Assembly: GCA_048938445.1 (NCBI GenBank)
Contig: JBHLME010000128.1
Location: forward strand, 1-12,710
Reading direction: 5' to 3'
DNA length: 12,710 nt
DNA from: Promethearchaeota archaeon
Lineage (GTDB): Archaea > Asgardarchaeota > Lokiarchaeia > Sigyniarchaeales > SOKP01
Below, one piece after another: positions 1-7,745 of the stretch. The translations under genes were made by a program, and so were the position numbers. Every line of letters begins with the position of its first letter. Positions within the stretch are counted from its first letter, which is position 1. The notes beneath the pieces are model-generated. The model was not told where the DNA came from. It made no database searches and saw nothing but the letters and a program-made list of their open reading frames with translations.

Positions 1-150
1 ATTATATCATAATACAATAATAGGTGATAAATATATTAGTATCATAGTAATATTTTTATTTAATTATTAAAATTGATCATCAGATGTAATAATTAAACAA
101 TTATTGACATAAGAATAATTATCAAAATATTACTAAAACTTAATATAAAA

Positions 151-1701
151 ATGACAAAAACTACAATATTATTTTTAAAAAGTCTTTCACCAATTTTATA
201 TTCCACAGAAAATTTTGCACTTAAAATAAGAGATGATCCTAAGTATGATAATAACCCATTAATTAACAAAAAAGCTATTGATGAGGCATTTAAACAATAT
301 GAGGACCAATTAAATCCATCAAATCGGACTTATATTGGAAATATAAGAGATTACAATATAAATGTAGAGGGTTATTTTCTAGCTGCTCATCTTCCAGAGA
401 TTCCATCCATAGTAATCAATAGAACATGTACTGTAGAACTTTTGCACGAATTATTGGAAAAATATGATGACATTACGCATATTGCGCTTACGGTATATGC
501 AATGGGAATGGAAAATTCTTTAGAGGTAATTAAAACAATTAAAAAAGATTATACACACATAGAGTTATTAGTAGGAGGGGTAGGAACTCTATATCCACAC
601 ATTCAAGAACTAATACCCCAAAAAGATCTCTGTGTGGGAGAAGGAGTAAATTGGCTTCGAAAGAGATTTAATTTACCACAATTATCGAGAAATGATTTTA
701 TCATCCCTGAAATCATTAAAAATTTAATTGGTTTTCCAATTCCAATAAAAGCAGCATATATGATTACGCAATTAGGATGCCCAAATTCATGTGATTTTTG
801 TATAACACACATCTTCTATAAATATTGTCCTTTTTCTAATCCAAATAAAATCATACATTTTATTGATAACCTGTATAATAATACATCGAAGGATATCTTT
901 ATATACATTTGTGATCCGAATGCATTCTATCCAGAAGGAACCTGGCGAAAAGTATTCGATTATTTTATCAATAATCACAAAAAATATGAGCGGAATATCT
1001 TTATTTTATGTTTGGCTTCTTTACACCATTTAAGTAAATTTAATCTTAAAAAAATACAAGATTCTCCATTAAAGTTATTGTTTGTTAACTTTGGAATAGA
1101 ATCTGATATTTATTCATATTCTAAGAACATTGGTAATCCTAAAGGAATGGTTAAACTCTTAAATGAACTCAATATTATCACTTACCACACTTTTATTATT
1201 GGTTTTCCATTTCATACTCCAGATGGAATAAAGCGAGAAGTCTCATTAAACCTAAAGTACGATTCTGACAGGTTTTTTTTAAATTCCTACAAGCCAATCC
1301 CCAATACCATCCTATATAATCAATTAAAAGCAGAAGAAAGACTTTTAATTAAAGATTTACCTCCCGAATTTATATTTACTTATGAGTATATGCCTTTTAG
1401 ACATCGTTATCTCGGATTTGGTTTTGACATACTCAAGTATTGCTTTTATACTTACTGCGAAACAGAAAAAAAGGAAATTGATAATACCGGTAAATATACA
1501 GAAAAAATTCTAAATCTATTTGAACATACTAATTCAAATAAATTAAAAAGAATTGCATCTGCTTTTATGAATGTGAGTAATGCGAATTTCTTAACTTTTA
1601 AAGAAAGAATGCCAGAAGATCTAATCGAAAAATATCAATACCAGACTAATTTAAATATAGAAAAATTTAAGAAATTAAAAATCAAGAAGAAATATTATTA
1701 G
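151..1701 (+). CDS. Radical SAM protein, probably with an N-terminal cobalamin-binding-like domain; substrate unknown
   Basis: 516-aa ORF with CxxxCxxC motif GCPNSCDFC (nt 778-801). Upstream segment HIALTVYAMGMENSLEVIKTIKK...LLVGGVG resembles the Rossmann-like B12-binding domain. Downstream motifs FGIES, TFIIGFP and PIPNTILY are typical of B12-type radical SAM barrels. Confidence 0.85.
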   Translation: MTKTTILFLKSLSPILYSTENFALKIRDDPKYDNNPLINKKAIDEAFKQYEDQLNPSNRTYIGNIRDYNINVEGYFLAAHLPEIPSIVINRTCTVELLHELLEKYDDITHIALTVYAMGMENSLEVIKTIKKDYTHIELLVGGVGTLYPHIQELIPQKDLCVGEGVNWLRKRFNLPQLSRNDFIIPEIIKNLIGFPIPIKAAYMITQLGCPNSCDFCITHIFYKYCPFSNPNKIIHFIDNLYNNTSKDIFIYICDPNAFYPEGTWRKVFDYFINNHKKYERNIFILCLASLHHLSKFNLKKIQDSPLKLLFVNFGIESDIYSYSKNIGNPKGMVKLLNELNIITYHTFIIGFPFHTPDGIKREVSLNLKYDSDRFFLNSYKPIPNTILYNQLKAEERLLIKDLPPEFIFTYEYMPFRHRYLGFGFDILKYCFYTYCETEKKEIDNTGKYTEKILNLFEHTNSNKLKRIASAFMNVSNANFLTFKERMPEDLIEKYQYQTNLNIEKFKKLKIKKKYY

Positions 1702-1788
1702 AGATAATTCTTTCTTACTTTAAAATTAAACGTAAAAGTAGAAATTATATCTCAATACAATTAAAAAAAGAAGGAATATCTTATAGTT

Positions 1789-2067
1789 TTAGTCTAATAA
1801 TTCGAATTTTTTAACCCTATATGATTTTGCATATTGTTTTTTCCCACATGCACTGCATTCTAATATTGGCTGAGATCTCTTGTTTAATTTTGCGTTTTTA
1901 TGGAAAATTTCTTTAGGAAATGAACCATATCCTTTTTTCTTCCTTTCCACACGCCGCCTTCCCTGATTTAGCATCCTTTCTTTCCCTTTTTTATAAAGAG
2001 TAACCGTGTGTTGATTATGAGCCCGACAATAAGGGCAGTATCGATTGACTGTTCGTGGGTATTTCAT
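1789..2067 (-). CDS. rpl44e: 50S ribosomal protein L44e (eL42)
   Basis: 92 aa, very basic, Zn-ribbon pairs YCPYC and ECSAC, signature YKKGK...QGRRR...GYG and C-terminal KKFEL. SD-like AGGT at 2076-2079 (minus strand). Confidence 0.96.
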   Translation of the reverse strand: MKYPRTVNRYCPYCRAHNQHTVTLYKKGKERMLNQGRRRVERKKKGYGSFPKEIFHKNAKLNKRSQPILECSACGKKQYAKSYRVKKFELLD

Positions 2068-2176
2068 ATTTCTTGACCTAAAATCTTATTTTATACTTGA
2101 TATAATTAACACTAAATTTTAAGTTTTATTCTTTTTAGCAGTCTAAACGCTCTATCTTATTATTTAACTTCAGGCT

Positions 2177-2194
2177 AAAAAAAAGAAAAAAAAA
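2177..2194 (-). terminator. Archaeal oligo-U terminator after the SCP2 gene
   Basis: The minus strand reads T9-C-T8 starting 7 nt after the stop codon at 2202-2204. Confidence 0.6.
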
Positions 2195-2201
2195 TTATTT
2201 A

Positions 2202-3068
2202 TTAAAGTGTCATTTCGATAGTATCCAGAAAAATTTGTAGAACCTCTTGAAATGCCAAAGCCTCTTGAAGATTACCTTCTACAGAGATATCACCTGCCAT
2301 ATAGGCTGAAACAGCATCACCTGATTGTATCATATCCATACCAATATCCATGGGCATTTCGATCGTTACTGATGCATCTTCAACAGCTCCTTCGCTCCAG
2401 TTCATTTTTCCATCAGTAATCTCGATGAGGAAACTTTCGATATCCCTAACTTTAAGTTGAATTCTCATCTCTTGATCTTCAATTTCTTCGAGTGCTTCAG
2501 AATTATTATTTACAAAAGCAGTTAAAATTTTTAAGAAACTAACCATTATAGAAGGATCGTCTGGTTTGATGATTCCCTTATAGACCTCCAATAACATTTT
2601 AAGTTCGCTTGGTTCGAGAATTAATTCTCTTTTGTCAACATCTATTATTTTTAATTCTGTATATGATAATTCCAATAATTCTTGGTATTGAACCATTGTC
2701 AAAAGGTCTCCATCAACTTCTATTTCTCCCCTAAAATAAGCAATGATTGGATCTTTAATTCCTAGGAGGATTTGTGCTATTGTAGTTAGATCTGTTGTCA
2801 AGATTACATCAGCATCATCTAATTTTCCTTGTTTGTATTCCGCAGATCCTCTTGAAATGATAAATGTATTAGCCCCTATCCCTTCTAAATTAATTACAAG
2901 TTTAAAATCTAAATCCTTGATCATCTCTTGAATCTTTTTATTAAGATTAAAAAATTGAATAATGATATCATAAGTTAAGGGAATATCCTCTAATGTGGCA
3001 AATTCCGCTCCTTTATCTCTAATTTCTAATAATCTTTTTATTTTTTCTGATTGCTGCAATTGTTCCAT
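2202..3068 (-). CDS. Tandem SCP2 (sterol carrier protein 2-like) lipid-binding domain protein
   Basis: Two copies of the SCP2 signature: DADVILTTD...AYFRGEIEVDGDL and DASVTIEMP...AYMAGDISVEGNL. Start placed at ATG 3068 because the ORF-track GTG at 3080 lies inside an SD-like AGGGTGGAG (3075-3083). Confidence 0.85.
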   Translation of the reverse strand: MEQLQQSEKIKRLLEIRDKGAEFATLEDIPLTYDIIIQFFNLNKKIQEMIKDLDFKLVINLEGIGANTFIISRGSAEYKQGKLDDADVILTTDLTTIAQILLGIKDPIIAYFRGEIEVDGDLLTMVQYQELLELSYTELKIIDVDKRELILEPSELKMLLEVYKGIIKPDDPSIMVSFLKILTAFVNNNSEALEEIEDQEMRIQLKVRDIESFLIEITDGKMNWSEGAVEDASVTIEMPMDIGMDMIQSGDAVSAYMAGDISVEGNLQEALAFQEVLQIFLDTIEMTL

Positions 3069-3395
3069 TTCATACTCCACCCTTTAATTTTTATTTATTT
3101 TCTAATTAAAATGAATTTTAACTCATTGGATAATCAGAATAATTATATTATAATTGGATCTATATGGTATATAAATATTTATCCCGAGTTAAATTTTACA
3201 AAACAAAACTCTCTTTTTAAATTAGACACTGCCATTGTCTTTATTTTGTCGGTTTAAACGATTAATATATTTTTCTTTTTTAATAATTATTTGCTTCATT
3301 AACATTTTGTCTAAAATAACTATGTTTTAATAAAAAATAATTTAAACAAGTTATTCATAGTAATTAGTAAAAATCATATCAGATAGGGAAAGTAA

Positions 3396-4316
3396 ATGTT
3401 CAAGGAGAAATTTAGCAATGGGATAATTAGTGCTAAACAATTCCATAGAGAAGATATAGAATATCTCCTTAAAAAAGGAAAAGAAATGATTACCATTAAA
3501 AACTCAACCATATTAAACGGGAAGATCCTGGCTACTTTATTTTTTGAACCCTCTACTCGAACGCGTCTCAGTTTTGAATCCGCCATGTATCGTTTAGGAG
3601 GAAACGTGATTGGTTTCCATTCAGCAGATGTATCCTCTTTTAAGAAAGGGGAAAGCATCGCAGATACGATTAGAACGGTTCAAAATTATTGTGATTGCAT
3701 TGTCATGAGGAATCCTTTAGAAGGTGCTGCTAAACTAGCTTCTAGATTTGCGGATATTCCTATCATTAATGCGGGTTCTGGAAGTGGTGAACATCCTACC
3801 CAAGCTTTACTTGATCTCTTGACTATAAAAGAGGAATGTGGAACAATAGATGGATTAAACATTGGAATTGTTGGAGATTTAAAATATGGAAGAACTGTCC
3901 ATTCCCTTTCTATTCTACTCTCTAACTTTGAAGTAAATTTATACTTCATTAGTCCGAAAGAATTAGCGTTGAGAAATAGATATATTGCTTATCTACAAGA
4001 ACGTCAGATAAAATATAAAGAAATAACACAATATAGAAATATTCTTGAAGTCTTGGACGTTCTTTACATGACTCGAATCCAAAAAGAACGTTTTATTGAC
4101 CAAGAAGAATATGAAAAGGTAAAAAACGCTTATGTATTCAATGAAAATGATCTAGAAAACACAAAAGATAATTTTCGATTGATGCATCCTTTACCTAGAA
4201 TCACAGAAATAAATCCCGACGTGGATAAATACCCTGATAAAGCTATTTATTTCAAACAGACAGGTTATGGTTTAGCTTTAAGGAAAGCAATTCTGGCAGA
4301 ATTAATTACAGATTAA
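3396..4316 (+). CDS. pyrB: Aspartate carbamoyltransferase catalytic subunit
   Basis: Motifs FFEPSTRTRLSFE, KGESIADT, EHPTQ, VGDLKYGRTVHSL, YMTRIQKERF and MHPLPR. Confidence 0.98.
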   Translation: MFKEKFSNGIISAKQFHREDIEYLLKKGKEMITIKNSTILNGKILATLFFEPSTRTRLSFESAMYRLGGNVIGFHSADVSSFKKGESIADTIRTVQNYCDCIVMRNPLEGAAKLASRFADIPIINAGSGSGEHPTQALLDLLTIKEECGTIDGLNIGIVGDLKYGRTVHSLSILLSNFEVNLYFISPKELALRNRYIAYLQERQIKYKEITQYRNILEVLDVLYMTRIQKERFIDQEEYEKVKNAYVFNENDLENTKDNFRLMHPLPRITEINPDVDKYPDKAIYFKQTGYGLALRKAILAELITD

Positions 4317-4332
4317 TTTAACGCTTATTAAA

Positions 4333-6327
4333 TTAAGTTTGAATAATATTTATTGAAAATGCATGCAGTTTAGACTGGATTAACATGTCTATATATTCCT
4401 GCAATGATCCATCATTAGAATTAAAATTATATGTGAACTTAACGCCTCCTTTAATAATTTTTTCAAACTTTTTAAAAATGTCAATTTTTTCATTTAAAGG
4501 TAAAGCCGAATCGTTTCTTATAATTTTTGCTGAATAGCAACTGAAAGCGCTGTTGTTATATTTTTTTTCTCCATTCATAGAATCAAAAAAATGATTATCA
4601 TCATTTGGTTGACTTAAAACAAAATTCTTACCCCCATTTTCATTTTTTTCCTCGATTAACTTTCTCATTAAAGCTATTATTTCGAGCGCAAACATTTCGC
4701 TTTTTTCTATTCTATCAAGTTCTATACCACAATGATATTTAATTGCATCGTTTAAGCCAAAAAAACTAATTGATTTTATTGAATCGCGTGCCCAATTCTT
4801 AAAGTTGCTTCTGAACATTTGAGAATATAACTGACGCCAACTTCCAAGAGAATTTAACTTTTTCATTACCAAGGATTCTTTATAGGTAAATAATTTAAAT
4901 ACTGAATGTATTTTTTCTTGTAATAATTCATAAAATAAATCATCTTGTTGATTTGCCTTTACCGCAACATGCTTTAAATTAATTAAGATTTTATCTAAAA
5001 TTATTTTGTTTTCACATGTACAATTCTCACCTTCATCTTTAACCTTAACAACTGATGAATTTATGAGATTAGAAGGAACTTGGTTATAGAATATTGATTT
5101 GTTTGTCATTAATGAAGGAGGGAGTTTAAAACTCGATGATTCTAAATTTACGTAATCAAACAAAATTAAAGGTTTAAACTTGCTATCATGATGATTTGAC
5201 TTGAAGTAGAATTGATTCAAAAAGAAATTATCGATTCTATACTGTGTATCTATCTCATTAATTAAATTATCATAAACAAAATCTAAAGATAAATGAGAAT
5301 TAAAATCTCCATAATTTGCACTATGTTTTGAAAGTAGGGATTGAAATATTTCAAAATAAGGTTTTAATTTTTCATTTTCTATACCTTCAAAAGAAGTTAG
5401 AAAATTTTTATTAAATTCTCCTAATAATAAGTCTCCTGATAGATAAGGATAAAAAAGAGATATTTCATCAATGAAACTTAAAATTAATTTTATTATATCT
5501 CGGGATTTCTTATTTTTTTTTTTTATTTCGTTATTATTTGAATATATTGAATTCATAATCGACTTAGTATCAACATAAAAACCCAATGGTCTTAAACTCC
5601 AATAATTCAAATTCAATAAAGCAATCTCACCTGAAATATATAAATCTGAAAGTTCTTTAGGTAATAGATTTAATAATAAAAATTGTTCTGATACATCTGA
5701 ACCTAATTTCTTAATAAAATTTTCAGGTATGATATGATCGTCCGGAGAATTAAATAATTTATTTACTTCATAAGGAGGAGTCCCTAAACGTGTTAATTTA
5801 TGCCTTACCTCTTCTAATCCATTTTCTAATAAAACACCATTTATGTATTCGCGCATCAACGGAGCTGTTAAATAATTGATATCAGATTTAAAAAGCCGGT
5901 TTTTTACTTCGTTTGCAATTTTTTTAGCTAAAAATTCCTCCATTTCACCTTCTTTTATCAAATATTCTTCTATTTTTTGCACGTTAAAAGGTTCTTTTGA
6001 GTATTTAGAAGTCCTTATCATGATGGTTTTATTTTGATCGTTAATCACTTGTTCCATTGAAAGAATATTTTTCATTATTTTCTTGCCGATATTCGTTAAT
6101 AAGTATCCTTCTGGAGTTGATGTTATCAAATCAATTTTTTTTAACGAGTTCAAATGAAATGAAAAATTAGTATTATTAGTATTATTCTTTAGAATTTCTT
6201 TCTGAAGGATAGAAAATGGTAATGCAGTTTGAGAAATATATAAAACTTTTAAAATGTCTATTCTAATCTTTTTACCAAGTGTCTTTAATTGTTTTTCGAG
6301 GATGTCTGATATTTTGTCGGAACTCAT
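4333..6327 (-). CDS. ArsR-like wHTH + ATP-cone + degenerate, apparently inactive class III ribonucleotide reductase (NrdD)-like domain; putative nucleotide-responsive transcription regulator
   Basis: Residues ~10-92 resemble a wHTH (IRIDILKVL...FSFHLNSLKKIDLI...GYLLTNIGK). Residues ~101-182 resemble the archaeal NrdD-type ATP-cone (IRTS...EPFNVQKI...TAPLMREYINGVLLENG...TRLG). The remainder follows NrdD motif order (SGEIALLNL..W..RP, INLKHVA, SISFFGLND, EKI...KF...IKGG, AFSIN) but ends without CxxC-CxxC or RxxGY. Assignments are by eye. Confidence 0.8.
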   Translation of the reverse strand: MSSDKISDILEKQLKTLGKKIRIDILKVLYISQTALPFSILQKEILKNNTNNTNFSFHLNSLKKIDLITSTPEGYLLTNIGKKIMKNILSMEQVINDQNKTIMIRTSKYSKEPFNVQKIEEYLIKEGEMEEFLAKKIANEVKNRLFKSDINYLTAPLMREYINGVLLENGLEEVRHKLTRLGTPPYEVNKLFNSPDDHIIPENFIKKLGSDVSEQFLLLNLLPKELSDLYISGEIALLNLNYWSLRPLGFYVDTKSIMNSIYSNNNEIKKKNKKSRDIIKLILSFIDEISLFYPYLSGDLLLGEFNKNFLTSFEGIENEKLKPYFEIFQSLLSKHSANYGDFNSHLSLDFVYDNLINEIDTQYRIDNFFLNQFYFKSNHHDSKFKPLILFDYVNLESSSFKLPPSLMTNKSIFYNQVPSNLINSSVVKVKDEGENCTCENKIILDKILINLKHVAVKANQQDDLFYELLQEKIHSVFKLFTYKESLVMKKLNSLGSWRQLYSQMFRSNFKNWARDSIKSISFFGLNDAIKYHCGIELDRIEKSEMFALEIIALMRKLIEEKNENGGKNFVLSQPNDDNHFFDSMNGEKKYNNSAFSCYSAKIIRNDSALPLNEKIDIFKKFEKIIKGGVKFTYNFNSNDGSLQEYIDMLIQSKLHAFSINIIQT

Positions 6328-6336
6328 TATTTAACG

Positions 6337-6365
6337 CGAATAATTACTTCGATCACTATAAAAAA
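6337..6365 (-). promoter_or_regulatory. Putative promoter (TATA-like TTTATA) with an adjacent imperfect palindrome for the wHTH-ATP-cone gene
   Basis: Minus-strand TTTATA at 6357-6362, 30-35 nt upstream of ATG 6327. CGAATAATTACTTCG near-palindrome at 6337-6351. The AT-rich context limits certainty. Confidence 0.35.
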
Positions 6366-6409
6366 TAATAACCAGTTCACTTATTTAAAATTGATTACAA
6401 AAGTCGAAC

Positions 6410-6532
6410 TTAGATAATATTGAGGTGATAATTTCAACTTTTTTAAATAAAAATTAATAATATACTTCTATAATAAAGAATTGGATAATAAAGTAAATTT
6501 TATTAGATAATATAAATAAGAGTGATTTTCAA
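6410..6532. repeat. Imperfect direct repeat in the rps7 / wHTH-gene intergenic region
   Basis: TTAGATAATAT-TGAG-GTGATAATTTCAA (6410-6437) versus TTAGATAATAT-AAATAAGA-GTGATTTTCAA (6503-6532), with a third partial copy TTGGATAATA (6481-6490). Confidence 0.5.
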
Positions 6533-6547
6533 TCAAGATTTTTTAGA

Positions 6548-7168
6548 TCATCTTGCAGAAACAGCAATTCTTTCTATTTCATCTTTTCTTTTTATAGCAC
6601 GAGAATCTTGGCTATTTTTCGCTGCTAAAATTAACTCTTGAGCAATATTTTCTTCAAATTGTCTCACATTACCATGAGAACGTGTTCCAATTGCTTGTAC
6701 TATATATTTGATTGCTAAATCTACTCTTCGTTGTGGTGCAACATCAACTGCTGAAGCATAAGAAATTCCTCCCATGGCAATTTTAGTTGTTTCTTCTCTT
6801 GGAGCCGTATTCACTATGGCATCAACCAATACTTGTAGTGGATTTTCACCCGTATTCAGATTTATTAAAATAAAAGCACTTTTAATACAATTTATCAATT
6901 TACTCTTCTTTCCAGAGTTATAAGAACTTTTATGGCCTTTAATTTTTCCTTGAATAAACCCTGGTGCTAATAAGCGATTTACAAATCGTTCAACGATAGA
7001 AATATTAGATTTCCAGAACCTTTTATGTTCATGTCTTCCACAACTATGAGGTATGATTATAGGTTTTAAATTAATGTAATTTTCTAAGGTAAAATCTTTA
7101 ATTTCTATATCATCAAAATTCCAAGTATTGAAAAGTTGTATCCCTGATTGTTTTGAACTTTTACTCAT
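6548..7168 (-). CDS. rps7: 30S ribosomal protein S7 (uS7)
   Basis: Motifs PHSCGRHEHKRF, SIVERFVNRL, NPLQVLVDAIVNTAPREE, AVDVAPQRRVDLA and ERIAVSAR. Start at ATG 7168, just after the rps12 stop, with SD GAGGT (7176-7180) overlapping the end of rps12. Confidence 0.97.
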   Translation of the reverse strand: MSKSSKQSGIQLFNTWNFDDIEIKDFTLENYINLKPIIIPHSCGRHEHKRFWKSNISIVERFVNRLLAPGFIQGKIKGHKSSYNSGKKSKLINCIKSAFILINLNTGENPLQVLVDAIVNTAPREETTKIAMGGISYASAVDVAPQRRVDLAIKYIVQAIGTRSHGNVRQFEENIAQELILAAKNSQDSRAIKRKDEIERIAVSAR

Positions 7169-7173
7169 TGTTT

Positions 7174-7608
7174 TTACCTCATTGGTTTCTCTTTCTTTCC
7201 ATAAATTAATGCTTCTAAGGAAACTCCATTGACTTTCACTACTTTCCATCTCACTCCGGGTAGATCACCTATTGCTCTTCCTTTTGCACCACCGATACCT
7301 TCAACAATAACTCGATCATGCTCATCAATAAAATTTAGTGCACCATCACCGGGAAGAAATGCAGTTATTGCCTTTCCATTCTTTTTCAATTGAACTCGCA
7401 CGCACTTTCGAATTGCCGAATTAGGTTGCTTACTCTCACGACCAACTTTTTGAAGAACAATTCCGAGAGCTTGAGGTGCTCCCTCGAGTGGATCTGCTTT
7501 CTTTTTAAGTTTTAATTTTGTACGCTTGTATTGTGTTTTGCTCCATCTGAATTTCTTTCTATTTTTTCGGAGTTGTCTTGCTGCGTATAATCCTTTAGGC
7601 TTTCCCAT
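7174..7608 (-). CDS. rps12: 30S ribosomal protein S12 (uS12)
   Basis: Motifs [31 protein letters not shown] and [13 protein letters not shown]. Confidence 0.98.
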   Translation of the reverse strand: MGKPKGLYAARQLRKNRKKFRWSKTQYKRTKLKLKKKADPLEGAPQALGIVLQKVGRESKQPNSAIRKCVRVQLKKNGKAITAFLPGDGALNFIDEHDRVIVEGIGGAKGRAIGDLPGVRWKVVKVNGVSLEALIYGKKEKPMR

Positions 7609-7652
7609 GTTTTATATACCAAAATTCATAAAGTAATAGATAAGGTAGTATA

Positions 7653-7660
7653 TTATAAAA
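7653..7660 (-). promoter_or_regulatory. Possible TATA box for an rps12-rps7 promoter
   Basis: Minus-strand TTTTATAA 45-52 nt upstream of the rps12 ATG and downstream of the T-tracts that follow nusA. Confidence 0.3.
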
Positions 7661-7720
7661 CTTAAAATTTTTGAATTTTTTCAATATAATATCTTTTTTT
7701 TCCTATTCAGTAATAACAAT

Positions 7721-7745
7721 AAAAATCAATTAAAAAACTAAAAAA
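7721..7745 (-). terminator. Possible oligo-U terminator after nusA
   Basis: The minus strand reads TTTTTTAGTTTTTTAATTGATTTTT starting about 12 nt after the nusA stop. Confidence 0.45.

Noticed and set aside
603-978. Two short minus-strand ORFs (603-812 and 787-978)
   Set aside because: Antisense shadows inside the radical SAM gene with no recognisable motifs.
3141-3155. Inverted repeat AATTATA-T-TATAATT in the SCP2/pyrB spacer
   Set aside because: Made only of A and T, so expected by chance at this composition.
2743-3257. Short plus-strand ORFs (2743-2931 and 3051-3257)
   Set aside because: The first is antisense to the SCP2 gene. The second is an AT-rich spacer ORF overlapping the SCP2 start and does not resemble PyrI or a leader peptide.
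3374-3949. Minus-strand ORFs (3374-3658 and 3686-3949)
   Set aside because: Antisense to the well-supported pyrB.
4333-6327. Annotation as an active anaerobic ribonucleotide reductase (nrdD), or as a pseudogene
   Set aside because: The catalytic Cys motifs, Zn site and glycyl-radical loop are not recognisable, so an active enzyme is unlikely. The frame is intact for 664 codons with an added wHTH, so a pseudogene is also unlikely.
113-6346. GAATAATTA at 113, 3137 and 6338, and TATTTTGTCGG at 3242 and 6310
   Set aside because: Short matches picked after the fact in AT-rich DNA, one of them inside a coding region; not distinguishable from chance without statistics.
7169-7249. 27-aa N-terminal extension of uS7 in the ORF track
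   Set aside because: It overlaps rps12 out of frame; ATG 7168 has a GAGGT SD and gives a normal length.
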